DNA from: Octopus sinensis
Lineage: Eukaryota
Assembly: GCF_006345805.1 (NCBI RefSeq)
Contig: NC_043024.1
Location: 16,492,001-16,556,000, forward strand
DNA: 64,000 nucleotides
Direction: 5' to 3'
The notes below the pieces were generated by a model. The model did not search any database. It was not told the DNA's origin and worked only from the letters and a program-made list of their open reading frames with translations. Positions 11,375-24,274 of the stretch are shown here, in pieces; the first letter of the stretch is position 1, and every line of letters starts with the position of its first letter. The translations under genes were made by a program, and so were the position numbers.

Positions 11375-12840
11375 GGTAACTCACTTTATTACTGACTCAC
11401 TTTATTACTGCCACTTCTCAACACTGACCCATTTCATTCACACCATTTCAGTGCCAGCCCAGTTCATCTTTATTAATTCAGAATGAAAGAATTTCATCGC
11501 CAACTCATGGCATCAACTAACATTCTCGATAAATTGAAATTCATTAAATTCAAATACAACTGAGAAATCACCTTTCTTCATTCAAAACAACAAAACATTA
11601 ATCGCTGCAAGAAACACAACTGGTTCCATTGCCATTTCATCTTACCATTTTCTTTTTCTTATTTTCTTCCTTGCAGTGCTTTTTTTGCTTTTTTAGCAAT
11701 CTGGCGATTTAATTTCGAATAATAATATTCTGTTTCATATCTTTTAACCTCTCTGAATTTTAATTATTAGATTAGCTGCACCACACATCCTTCCAAATTC
11801 TTTCTCTTTTTCTTTCTTTTCCAAACATTTTCTTTGGATTCCTATGTTTTCCATATCAGAGATTATGATATTGCTACAAAACATGTTTTCGAAATTCTAA
11901 TTCCCCCCATCCCCACCCTGGTTTTTTAGTTTTTCATTTTTTTTTCCAATTTTTTAAAAAATCCATGTGGAAAAATACAAAGATTTTCAAAAATTTCAAT
12001 TTGTCTCAGAAAACATCCTACATTGCCCCTCCGACCCCCATCACAATTTCCAAAGGCACAAAACTTCATATAATAATAATAATAATGAAATTATTGTATA
12101 CAGTGCTCAGGTGCACCACAACTTGTCAGAAAGTGCATATAAAGTACATGCAGTAATGTAGAAATGTCTGGAAAGCGAACAATGTATGAGTCAGATACAT
12201 GCTTGCGTGTGTATGGAGGAGAGAAAATCAGTTGTAGTGTTTGCGAATCTCAGGAAGCATGGAAGTTTTGAAGGATGCAGTGCTCCGACAACTAACAACT
12301 GATGCTGGCAGTTTGTTCCATGCTTCAGCAACTCTCAGAGTGAAAAAATGTTTCCGAAAGTCATGGGAGCTGTGCTGTTTTCTTACTTTGTAAATACGTT
12401 TTACGCATGTATAGATTTCTCCTGTAACAGTATAGGAAAGACCAAAAGCCCTCACCAGAAAACCCATTATGCTAGAAATAACAGCTAAATGTCTGCAAAA
12501 TATTTTTTCCTCTCTTTTTAGAATCCTTTTGTTTTTCTAAATCTTAACTTTTCATATCTATTTGAATGTTGATGCCATGCTACAAATTATTTTCTTGTCT
12601 TTATAGAAGCTTCGTTAATTTTATGTATTTATACTTTGTTGATCCTCAACAAACCTCTGTGTGTGCACGTATTGATCTGAGAGAGAAAAAAAAACTTAAT
12701 TGAACTATCCTTGTGTATTGGTCTCCAGAGTGTCGATATGGAGAGATGACATAATTTCTCTATTTCAGCCTGGCCTGTTTATCTATGTCATGAGGTAAGG
12801 TTGTGTGGGTGAACGATGTCTGCCAATACCGAAGGATTGC
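11375..12840. repeat. Left arm of a long inverted repeat (partner 21825-23668)
   Basis: Collinear reverse-complement anchors are shared with the right arm: tcacccacacaa, cgacactct.gagaccaatac, ttctagcataatgggttttctggtga, gaaaacataggaat and gttagttgatgccatga. Confidence 0.85.
12069..12395 (-). mobile_element. CR1-like LINE 3' end
   Basis: RKHFFTLRVAEAWNKLPASVV...SFK is a CR1 C-terminal motif, followed by an (att)n tail. Confidence 0.8.
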
Positions 12841-13008
12841 CAAAATAATTTAACTGTTATAAACCTTGTTTTATTATCTGAGGTAAAATCCCAGATAGGA
12901 TTCTCAAGTTTTGGCTCTTCTTCTGTCTCTAAGATCTGATTATAAAATCTGCATATCGCAAATGACATCTGCTGGTTTCCTTAAATCCAAAATAAGAACA
13001 ACTCGTGC

Positions 13009-13126
13009 AGGTGCAGGTGTGGCTGTGTGGCAAGAAGTATGCTTCCCAACTACATGATTCCAGGTTCAGTCCCACTGTGTGAGACTGAATCTTGGGCAAG
13101 TGTCTTCTACTATAGCATCAGGCCGA
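13009..13126 (+). mobile_element. SINE family A, 5' part
   Basis: A-box-like tggctgtgtgg and B-box-like ggttcagtccc. Confidence 0.8.
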
Positions 13127-13129
13127 TTA

Positions 13130-13360
13130 AGGCGGTGAGCTGGCAGAAACGTTAGCACGCCAGGCAAAATGCTTAGCGGTATTTCGTCTATCGTTACGTT
13201 CTGAGTTCAAATTCCGCCGAGGTCGACTTTGCCTTTCATCCTTTCGGGGTTGATAAATTAAGTACCAGTTATGCATTGAGATTGATCTAATTGACTTAAT
13301 CCCTTTGTCCTTGTTTGTCCCCTCTATGTTTAACCCCTTGTGGGCAATAAAGAAATAAGA
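13130..13360 (+). mobile_element. SINE family B, full length
   Basis: tRNA-like head ending gagttcaaattcc, then the core gtcgactttgcctttcatcctttcggggttgataaattaagtacc. Confidence 0.9.
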
Positions 13361-14013
13361 AACCAAAGGAAGATCATTTTGTATATATATATATATATAT
13401 TAATATAACATATGCATATATATAAACATATATGTACGTACCTACCTCTACATGTATATATACACGCATATATGAGTACAGGACACCAAAAAAATCGTCG
13501 AACACTATGAGAAACGAAAACATAGACACAAACCCAAGGAACTGGACATTTTTTTAAACAACAAAAAAATAGAGTACAGGACAATTAACACAAAGAAAAA
13601 AACCCTTCTTCAGTCGCCATGGTTTCATCTACTCTATGTTTCGAAGGTGAAGGCGAGACGTATCTTCGAATAAGAAACTTTCCTTCCTGCGAAAAGCAAA
13701 TCAATTAAAATTTGAGATCTTTTTGCAGAGGGGTAAAAATGGTAACAAAAACGACGGGCTTCTTTCAGTTTCCATCTACCAAATCCACTCACAAGGCTTT
13801 GGTCGGCCCAAGACTATAGTAGAAGACACTTGCCCAAGGTGCCATGCAGCGGGACTGAACCCGGAACCATGTGGTTGGTAAGCAAGGTACTTACCACAGC
13901 CACTTCTGCACCTATTAAAACGTAAAGACAGACGAAATACAGTTAATCATTTCACCAGGTGTGTTAACCTTTCGGCCAGCTTGCCGTCTTGAACAGGCGG
14001 TGAGCTGGCAGAA

Positions 14014-14048
<35 letters not shown>

Positions 14049-15313
14049 TACACACACACATACAGTGTGAACATTCTACCATTAAAAAAAGCATATTTTA
14101 CATTGATTTGAGATCATTGTATCATGTCTTCCTTTAGTGTATATCCATAAGTATACACATGGCATTCAGGTGGGAACTGTTCAATGAAGGCTGGTGAGTG
14201 TAGAGTATCTGAAGATGGTCGTTTCACATTTAAGAATTGTTTAACAAAGATTTGGCTGCTATTGAAAGAAATACTACATACATTATTAAAGTATACTGGA
14301 ATGATCACTGAATTTATTTTTCATGTTATACATAGGTTTTCTTAGATTATTGTATAATCCCCAGGTTATTGCTAACATTTCAGTGAGTCCATCAGGTACA
14401 TTTGTTTCATTGGAAAAATCCTATAAATTATGCTCTGAAAGTCTGATATCTTCATAATGGTTGTGATGGATTTGTATTGTTTGTTCTTTGTGTTACTGGA
14501 TAAATATTTATTCACTATCTGAAAGTATTAATGAGTGTAAAGAAGTTGTATTAATTTTGGAAGAAGCTGTTAAAACCGACATCCTGAAAAAATTAATGAA
14601 CTTGAAGTAAAAGAAATATATGTACCTGCATGAATATTTGTTTTTGAATCTGTTGTTGAATAATGTTACTGATCATTATGTTTCTGCGGAATCTTTTTGG
14701 TATTTTTGTTTTTGAAGGTGAGGGGGGCGGGTTAATTTGTTCATTCTTAATTGAAGTCATAATAATCATCATCATTTAACATCTGTTTTCCAAGCAGTCA
14801 TGGGTTGGATAGTTTGATAGGAACTGGTAACATAGAAAACTATGCCAGGCTCCAGTGTCTGCCTTGGCATGGTTTCTATAGCTGGATGCCCTTCCTCGTG
14901 CCAGCCACCTTACAGAATGTACTGTGTGCTTTTAATGTGGCACCAGCAGGGTCTCTGAGTAACTTTCAAGAGCAAGACCTCTTCGAGTGGGGAGAGATTA
15001 AAATAAAATAGAGGATACATGGTGACTCAGTTAGGAAATAAAGGCTAGCAAGAGAAGGAGAGAGAGAGAGAGTTAGAGAGGAATATAGGAAGACATGGTG
15101 ACTGTTTTGGCAGGATTTTTCTTTTTTTTTTAAGGTATTCAGCTATAAAAATCCTGCCAAAACACTCACAGAAGTCTGGTACAGGCTTGGCCGGCCCCTG
15201 TCAAACTGTCCTACCCATGCCAGCATGGAAGGCAAACATTAAACAATGATTATGATGGCTACCCCTACTGGGAAAGAAAACAAAGAGAGAATGGAGGATA
15301 AAGAGAGGTTATA

Positions 15314-15712
15314 GGCGCAAGAGTCGCTGTGTGGTAAGTAGCTTGCTAACCAACCACATGGTTCCGGGTTCAGTCCCACTGTGGGGCATCTTGGGCAAGT
15401 GTCTTCTGCTATAGCCCCGGGCCGACCAATGCCTTGTGAGTGGATTTAGTAGACAGAAACTGAAAGAAGCCTGTCATATATATGTATATATATATGTGTG
15501 TGTGTATGTGTTTGTGTGTCTATGTTTGTCCCCCTGGCATTGCTTGACAACCGATGCTGGTGTGTTTACGTCCCCGTCACCTAGCGGTTCGGCAAAAGAG
15601 ACTGATAGAATAAGTACTGGGCTTACAAAGAATAAATCCCAGGGTTGATTTGCTCAACTAAAGGCAGTGCTCCAGCATGGCCGCAGTCAAATGACTGAAA
15701 CAAGTAAAAGAG
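15314..15712 (+). mobile_element. SINE family A, full length
   Basis: Head with Pol III boxes, cttgggcaagt core, internal TA/TG microsatellite and a tgactgaaacaagtaaaag tail. Confidence 0.92.
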
Positions 15713-16067
15713 TTATGTACCAAACATGTTTGAGTATTTTATAGTTCTACTTGTTTTATTGCAGCTTACAATAAGCTAAACTATTTTCAAACTTCAAATT
15801 CACTCCATGCTTTATAAAATAATTGTTTTGTTGTTTCTATATTTTGTAATTCATCAGATAAATACTGTTTGCTTTTCTGCATGACTGAAATCTGTATTGT
15901 CAGTTTCATTGCCAGAGGTCTTTCTAAATGAGAACTTGCTTGTAAGCAACATTCATTGTGGAATGTTTGTTGTTTGGTAAATACATATTCAATCCTGGAA
16001 GCCCTGTGGACGCTCTGTTGAAGACAACACATCTTTGTTCATGTGTGAATATGGGCCTTGGTAAATA

Positions 16068-16705
16068 TTCTTTTATTCTTTTATTTGTTTCAGTGATTTG
16101 ACTGCAGCCATGCTAGAGCACCGGCTTAAAGAGTTTTAGTTGAAGAAATTGACCCCAGGATTTATTCTTTGTAAACCTTGTACTTTTTCTATCGGTCTCT
16201 CTTACTGAACCACTAAGTTACGGGAAAGTAGATACACTGACATCAGTTGTCAAGTAATGGTGGGAAGACAAACACTGGCACAAAGGAACACACACATATA
16301 CATACATACACACACACACACACACATAGTTAATCCAAACATGAAAACACAAAGAGAAAACAAAACAACGCGAGGACGTAGAACAAGTATAGTGTTATTA
16401 GTTGCTCAGGAAAGGAAAGAAAGAAGGAGGATTTAACATTTCGAGCGGAGCTCTTCGTCAGAAACATTGGAAAAGGAAAGATCCAAGGAAGGGAAGACGG
16501 AGGAAAAAAAGTCGCCAACGATACACACGCGGTCACATATACGATGGGCTTCTTTCAGTTTCCATCTACCAAATCCCTTCACAAGGCTTTGGTTGGCTGG
16601 AGGCTATAGTAGAAGACACTTGCCCAGGTGCCATGCAGTGGGACTGAACCCAGAACCATGTGGCTGGGAAGCAAGCTTCTTACCACACAGCCACACATGT
16701 GCTTA
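16068..16705 (-). mobile_element. SINE family A with a Penelope-like fragment (~16330-16540) in its microsatellite
   Basis: Reverse complement of the family A consensus. The insert carries ctgacgaagagctccgctcgaaa on the minus strand. Confidence 0.85.
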
Positions 16706-16716
16706 TATAAAGCTAT

Positions 16717-17948
16717 TGTAGCAATATCGTTACACTCATTGCTATCTTCACTGTTTAAGAAGAGTATTAAGAATAATCTCGTTTGAGATTACAAACATCT
16801 TCGGCTAGTTTAACATCGTTGTAAACACTAATTTGATTGGCTGACACGTGGTCTCTACTACGTTCGCACCGCTGGTTGTCACGTGATGCGATTTGCCTCT
16901 GCTTATTTTCGCGCCATTGTTCCAAGCAGCCAATCACAGCTTTCCATTTCTGAAGTTCGTTTTGAGCCTCATAAACCTTATATAAAGAAGGGTTCTCAGA
17001 CAAATATTCGTCTTTGGTTCAAGTCCTTTTCAGGGCGAACCTCTGACCACACAGTTCGTCTTTGGTTCAAGTCCTTCTCAGGGCGAACCTCTGACCACAG
17101 AGTTCGTCTTTAGTTCTAGTTCTTCTCAGAACGAACCTCTGACTACACAGAGCATACTCGACCATGTTCCAGTTCAAAAGGCAGGTGACCACCATTAATA
17201 CAAGATGTTACAGATACCTCTCATACTGTTAGTGTGAAAATATCACCACGAAAAGAACAGTTACAGGATATCTATAACTAGAGAAAAATAACCAAGCAGA
17301 ATATATAATGAAGACGCAGCAAAAACCAAGCAACAGACACAACTCATCGCCAAACATCGTCTCTATCTACTAAGGTTTAATTTGTACACAAGACAACTAC
17401 AGATTCAACTATAGCGGTTAGGTGAAAATATCACCACGGGAAAAACGGCTACAGTTAATATATCTGGAAGTATATTCATATCAAGAGAAAGATAAAACAC
17501 AAGTGATTCAATTAATCTCAACTACGAGATGCAACATCTTGATATGGAACTCTTACACTCCATGTACCTCATAAACGGTAAATCAATTATCTGTCTTGAG
17601 TTCTAGTTCTTCTAAGAACTAGCCATCTGCTACTAACCGTTGCTAGGCTGATACCAACAACATGAACTGTGAACCAAATTCCATTGTTATTTCTCTGGTC
17701 AGTACCTTTTATGCCTCACGAACACACAGACACAAAAACATGCTAACACTTACAAACTTCCAACCAACATGATTGTAAAATATGTAAAATAAATAATGTA
17801 TATATCTCAAAAAGAAATCTCGTTGTCATTCCGCTTGTGTTCTATTGCCGCTGTATGTATTATCTGGTCTGTAATATTTCATTAAGAATATGACCACGTA
17901 CGACCGTGTCTCTTACACGATACGACCGCATGTGATCCTATTTTTATA
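16717..17948 (+). mobile_element. Solo LTR (Gypsy-like, inferred from the 4 bp TSD)
   Basis: Flanked by CTAT at 16713-16716 and 17949-17952. Ends are TGTAGCAATA and TATTTTTATA (imperfect inverted repeat). It contains CCAAT, TATATAAA (~16978) and AATAAA (~17788). Removing it rejoins the Helitron frame as KIALYLPRP. Confidence 0.7.
17007..17150. repeat. Three copies of a 48 bp tandem repeat inside the LTR
   Basis: ttcgtctttggttcaagtccttctcagggcgaacctctgaccacacag occurs three times. Confidence 0.95.
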
Positions 17949-19012
17949 CTATTTTCTCAAATGTTTGTCTTTGTCATTTATTAATTGTCCTTACCATTGC
18001 TAATTTAACTGTTGTTTAACTAATGTAAATGCTAACTCTTCACCTACTGAAGAAACACTAACTCTTTGGATAAATAGTTTTTCTGTGATGTGAACTTTCA
18101 GTTGTTTTTGCCATAATGACTTTTTCTTGAATATCTTGAATAACTAAACATATACCATTACACACGCCATTAGCTTGGTCAGTTGTATGTAAGAGTCTAA
18201 TGGCTGTGTTAGTCTTTAATTTTAATTTGTGTGATGGTAAGCCTGAAATATTTAGTGTATTTAAGTACTCTGTAGGGTTACCTTAATGCAAACATTGATC
18301 ATGAATAAAGAGAGCCTTTTCATCTCCTGGAAAGAATTTTAGTATTTCCGCATTAATGAGATAAACATCAACATTTTTGGGTGCTAGAACAATTTTTAGA
18401 GATTTTTCTGACTCTGTAATACATTCATGTATGACATTTCTATTGAAAAGCCAAAGAAATGAGGTCAATAAAATCATGAACACTCTTACATTCCGGGGAT
18501 ATTAAAAGTTTGCTATTTGCTTAGAAATTTTTCTGACTCTGTAATACATTCATGTATGACATTTCTATTGAAAACCAAGGAAATGAGGTCAATGAAATCA
18601 TGAACAACTGTATATTCCTGGGATGTTAAAAGTTTGCTATTTGCTTCTTCTATAGAATCATTTCCTTCATGTCATGAAGTACAAAGTTGTTGAACTAAAT
18701 TTGATTGTTTTGATCTTCTGAATTCTGTACACATGATTTTAATTGATTATATTCTGTCAGTTTTCATGTCTCCATAAAAATGAATTCTTAAAGTTGCTTT
18801 CTACTATCTGTGGTCTGCTTCCAAGTTTAATGACAGATAACATTTGTTGAAAATCCCCACCAAAACTTATTAGTTTTCCTCCAAACAAAACATGTTCAAA
18901 CCTGGGGATTGACCATTTTCATAAGATCCCTTTATGTTCTATCTAATGACCCTAGGAGGAAATGGTGAGATATGGTGGGAACTTATTCCAAATTATGACA
19001 TCATCCTGAAGC

Positions 19013-19423
19013 TCCATCTGAGCGGGATCACTGCCAGAGCAGCTGACTGGCTTCCGTGCCAGTGGCACGTAAAAAGCACCATTTGAGCGTGATTGTTACC
19101 AGCATCACCTTACTGGCACGTGAACAAAACATTCAAGCGAGGTCGTTGCCAGTGCCGCTGGACTGACTCCTGTGCAGGTGGCATGTAAAAAATACTATTT
19201 TGAGTGTGGCTGTTGCCAGTACTGCCAGACTGGCCCTCGTGCCGGTGGCATGTAAAAGCACCCAATACACTCTTGGAGTGGTTGGCGTTAGGAAAAGCAT
19301 CCAGCTGTAGAAGCTCTGCCAGATCAGATTGGAACCTGGCGCAGCCATCTGGTTTGCCAGTCCTCAGTCAAATCATCCAACCCATGCTAGCATGGAAAGC
19401 AGACATTAAATGATGATGATGAT
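19013..19423 (+). mobile_element. RTE LINE 3' UTR fragment with internal tandem repeats
   Basis: gagcgtgatcgttgccag-type units followed by gttggcgttaggaaaagcatccagc and a (gat)n tail. Same family as 42227-42828. Confidence 0.85.
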
Positions 19424-20089
19424 GTAAATTTATTTGTAATTCCATATAGATACATTACATGTAACGCCATTAATTGGATTGAAGGGAGAAAGCGGAATGA
19501 GCCATTGTCCCCCCAGCAAGTAGCAATGCAGTTATAGCAGATGTTGCAGTTGCTATTGCAATCTTTCCTTCTTAGTGGACATAGGAAAGAATGACACTAT
19601 AGAGAGAAGTCTTACCTGATCCACCTGGACTGTCAATAAAGTTTTAGCAGAGAGAATCTTGTGGCTGTGAATATCTGCTTTTGAATTGTGGATTGCCTCT
19701 TTGATAATCTGGAGTGCTGCTTGTTGATCACAATTTAATTTTTTGACATTTTCATCAAAGAGACTCTTTTGTTTAATCAGTGGAAAATCTCTAAAGGTCT
19801 TGCAGAATGAAATTGTTGCTTCTTCTGATGTTGAACGATTTTTTCTTAAAATAATTCCAGTTTTTATTGTAATGCTGTCTTATGCTATCTTTAATATCTT
19901 CTATTTCTAATGCGGTCATTTGATCTTTTGAAAAGTTGTCTTTCCAATGCTGTAAATAATTTGTCAGAGCAGAAAAGTCCTTACATCTGATATGGAATTG
20001 CTGAAACATGTGTGAACTCCAGAGTTGGATAGTATTTGTGGCCATCATGTGCTAAGCCTAGTTTCATAGACACCGTTACTGTATTTATT

Positions 20090-20291
20090 TTGAGATGCTC
20101 TGTGTTTCTTTCAATTATTTTAAATATAACAAAGAATTTAGTAAAATAACTTAGTTATCATTCAGCTAGTGTTAGGAACATAAATTGTGACTAAGGTTTG
20201 GTGGAAGATTTTAATTTAAAACTTATAAAAACAAGACATGTTACCACAGAGCCAGAGCCGGTTTTGGCTGGGTTAGTAACAAAAGGGTTAA
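20090..20291. mobile_element. End of a piggyBac-like element
   Basis: Ends gtaacaaaagggTTAA, the reverse complement of the TTAAcccttttgttac terminus at 52663. Confidence 0.55.
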
Positions 20292-20635
20292 TAGATCTCA
20301 TAACCTCAAATGATGTAACTCCAGGAATATGATGCAGTAAAATTCTCAGAATTGCTCCTGTTCCTTTGGTGAAACAAAGTAGAAACACACAGTTGAGTGT
20401 GTATCATTTTTTCTGAGATGCCACATTTTCTGAGAATTATTCCATATGTGAAATTCTGGGAAAAGTTTAAATGACTTAGCTAAAGATTCCTGGTTAACTC
20501 ACATCCATTCATTGAGGGTGGACTTGTATGAGTGTGGGTAACATGTTGGATATCATCATCATCGTTAAAGTAAACATGTTGCTGCTGGGGTAAATGAATT
20601 TGATGCCATTCAAATTGGAGGATAGGGACAATGTA

Positions 20636-21250
20636 CAGTAATCCCTTGCCATGTCGTGGTTCACCCTTTGCGGTTTATTATTTAAGCTTACGTTGATTCC
20701 TCCGTGGTGTTGTTTTGCATAGGCACAGGAGTGACTGTGTGGGCAGTAGCTTGCTTACCAACCACATGGTTCCGGGTTCATTCCCACTGCGTGGCACCTT
20801 AGGCAAGTGTCTTCTACTATAGCCTCAAGCCGACCAAAGCCTTGTGAGTAGTAGATTTGGTAGATGGAAACTGAAAGAAGCCCATCGTATATATATATAT
20901 ATATATATGTATGTATATGTTTATGAGTTTGTGTTTGTTCCCCTAACATCACTTGACAACCAATGCTGGTGTGTCTACATCCCTGTAACTTAGCGCTTCG
21001 GCAAAAGAGACCGATAGAATAAGTACTAGGCTTCCAAAGAATAAGTCATGGGGTTGATTTGCTCGACTAAAGGCAGTGCTCCAGCATGGCCATAGTCAAA
21101 TGACTGAAACAAGTGAAAGAAAGAAAAGAAAAAGAGGGAAATTATAAAAATAGTAAAAAAAAATATACAGTACTGTCTCTACTTTGCAGATTTTCACCTA
21201 TTGCGATGGGTTTTGGAATGTAACACCCACGATAGTCAAGGAATTATTAT
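20636..21250. mobile_element. Tigger/pogo-like MITE with a nested SINE A (20721-21135)
   Basis: TA-cagtaatcccttg at the left and caaggaattatta-TA at the right, with a full SINE A inside. Confidence 0.7.
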
Positions 21251-21824
21251 AATTTGAAAGCCCCAAATCCTCAAGAATGCCTCTGACAAGGATACATAAA
21301 GGCCCTTAATATAATTTTCAATTTCATCTTTGTGTGTTTTCTGTTTGTTTTGCGTTGGTTTGTCTACGAATATTGACTGTCACCTGATCACCTTTACGAA
21401 CATGTTTGCTGATACATTTAACTGGTTTTTCAGCCACACATATCTCCACTTTAAAATGCCTTCCATATTTGACTAAAAAGGTGGAGGAATATGATACTAC
21501 TGAACAATTATCCAATTCAACATTTGACTTTGTAAATGTAGAACCATTATTTCAACATCAGCAAAGCGGATGGATGTTATGACTGTGTAAAGTATTTTCC
21601 TGAAAGTCTTTAGGGAAATGTATTTTTACATTTCCCATCAACTATATATGTTGCATTGGGTTTATGTCTCCCACATGAGCCATGTAGCATTCTTTTGGTG
21701 ACATGTTGAAATAGAATTGATATATTTATGGATTTGGAAGTTCTGTATAAACAAACTTTCCATAATGTTCTGGATCTAACATAATACTTTTTTTTTGATA
21801 TGGACAACATATGACAATGGGGAA

Positions 21825-23059
21825 ATCCTTCAGTATCATTTCACCCACACAATCTTCACTCATTATAATGAGGCGAGGCTGAAACAGAAGGTGAATGACG
21901 TTGCATCCTCACACCGACACTCTAGAGACCAATACCAAAGGATCACCCAGTTATCTTTTTTTCTCAGATACACATTCATGCACATACACACATATGCGTA
22001 TGCACACACAGAGGTTCGTAGGAGTGGCTGTGTGGTAAGTAGCTTGCTTACGAACTACATGGTTTTGGGTTCAGTCCCACTGCTTGGCACCTTCTACTAT
22101 AGCCTCAGACCAACCAAAGTCTTGTGAGTAGAGATGGTAGACAGAAACTGAAAGAAGCCCATCATGTATATATATATATGTATGTGTGTGTGTATATGTT
22201 GTGTGCCTTTGTTTGTCCCCCCAACATCGCTTGACAACCAATGCTGGTGTGTTTACGTCCCCGTAACTTAGCGGTTCGGCAAATGAGACCAATAGAATAA
22301 GTACTAGGCTTACAAAGAATAAGTCCTGTGGTCGATTTGCTCAACTAAAGGTGGTGCTCCAGCATGGCCACAGTCAAATAACTGAAACAAACAAAATAGT
22401 AAAGGGTATAAGTAATGAAGCTCACAGTATGACTTATTTGCTATTTCTATGAAGACAACATGAAAATAGTTTGTAGCATTGCATCAAAATTCAAATAGTT
22501 ATGCAAAGTTAAGATTTAGAAAAAAAAAAGGGTTGTAAAATGAGAGGAAAGAATATGTTCCAGATATTTAGTTGTTGTTTCTAGCATAATGGGTTTTCTG
22601 GTGACGGCTCGATATCTTTTTATCTTTTGTTGCAGGAGAAATCTATGCATGCATAAAACAGAATTTTTGTGTTTTGGGATATCGGGGAGGGGGCAATATA
22701 GGACGTTTTCTGAGACATTTTGAAATTTAAAAGATATTTTTCCCAAATTCGTAATCTCCATATTTTTCCATGTGGATTAAAAAAAAAATTTGCAGAAAGT
22801 GAAAAATTGTTTAATTGGGGTGGGGAGGGAAGGAAATTATAATTTTTGAAGTCACCAATAATCAAAATGGTCAGTTATCAAGTTACTTTAAGTGTTCAGT
22901 GGGTGTGTGATGTGTGATAAGTAGCTTGTTTACGAACCACATGGTTCTGGGTTCAGTCCCACTGTGTGGCACCTTGGGCAAGTGTCTTCTACTATAGCCT
23001 CAGGCTGACCAAAGCCTTGTGAGTGGATTTGGTAGACGGAAAATGAAAGAATCCTGTCG

Positions 23060-23094
<35 letters not shown>

Positions 23095-23668
23095 ATATAT
23101 GTTTGTGTGTCTGTGTTTGTTCCCCCAACCTCACTTGACAACTGATGCTGGTGTGTTTATGTCCCTGTAACTTAGCAGTTTGGCAAAACAGACCAATAGA
23201 ATAAGTATTAGGCTTACAAAGAATAAGTCCTGGGGTCGATTTGCTCGACTAAAAGCAGTGCTTCAGCATGGCCACAGTCAAATGACTGAAACAAGTCAAA
23301 GAGGAAAGAGTAGAGAGTTTCTTTTTTTTAGCAAATTTGTAATCTCTGAAATTGAAAACATAGGAATTCAAAGAAATTTTGGGAAAAAAACCCCTCTAAA
23401 AATAGCTATGTGTGGGGTGCTTACACCTGACCTCCACCAACTAACTTACTCTAATAATTGTAATTCATAGAGGTTAAATAATTTTAAACAGAATATAGTT
23501 GCCAGATTGCTAGGGAAAAAAAAAAAAACTACTAGAAAAGCAGGAAAAGAAAATGGCACGATGACTGGCAGTGAACCTGATATATTTCTTTCAGCAATTA
23601 ATATTTTATTGTTTTGCATTTGCATTTATGAATTTCAATTTTAGAGTATGTTAGTTGATGCCATGACC
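21825..23668. repeat. Right arm of the long inverted repeat, interrupted by two SINE A copies (22017-22402, 22900-23312)
   Basis: Reverse-complement match to ~11505-12840 once the insertions are removed. Confidence 0.85.
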
Positions 23669-24072
23669 TCTGCCAGTTATTAAGGCAATGTTTGGTTTGT
23701 GCAACACGATGTTTCTGAGGAAAGTTGTTGTGTTGGGGTTGAAAGCAATTATTTGGTTAACAAAGCTGGAATTAACAAAAATGTACTGACACTAACTAAA
23801 TGAAAATTATATTATGCAATGCATTAAAATTTCCAATTTCACAAATGTTAATTTAATTGTTTTCTGCTCTGAAAATAATTAAATGAAATGTAAGAGTTTC
23901 TATGAGAGAAGATTTGATAGAAGCAATTCTCTTTTTAAGAATCCAATAGACAGTCTTTCGATAAAGGTAGACGGATAGTGAATGTTTGTTTGGCAATTTC
24001 TGTAAAAATCACTTACGTTTATATGATGTGTTTGTGTGTATGTATGTATGTTTGTGTAAGTATTGTATATTT

Positions 24073-24242
24073 AGGCATAGGAGTGGCTAAGTGTGGTAAG
24101 TAGCTTGCTTACCAACCACATGGTCCCACTGCATGGCACCTTGGGCAAGTGTCTTCTACTATAGACTTGGGCCAACCAAAGTCTTGTGAGTGGATTTGGT
24201 GGATGGAAACTGAAAGAAGCCTTCGTATATATATATGTATAC

Positions 24243-24274
<32 letters not shown>

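Larger units (their letters stand above)
15924..21828 (-). pseudogene. Fragmented Helitron Rep-helicase (HUH endonuclease plus Pif1) pseudogene
   Basis: Motifs occur in the expected order on the minus strand: GFPHCHM (HUH, ~21810-21828), MLHGSCG..DGKCK..FP, DN..VVSYS..KY..H.KVEIC, LRILLHHIPGVTSFE, FIDSPGGSGKT (Walker A, ~19610-19640), FGGDFQQML, LAPKNVDV, PTEYLNTLNISGLPSHKLKLK..GVCNG, TINK, and LPRPIFTH..NVAYKQVLI* (stop 15924-15926). Confidence 0.92.

Noticed and set aside
17007-17150. CRISPR-like repeat appearance
   Set aside because: The 48 bp units are head to tail with no unique spacers, and they sit inside an LTR in eukaryotic DNA.
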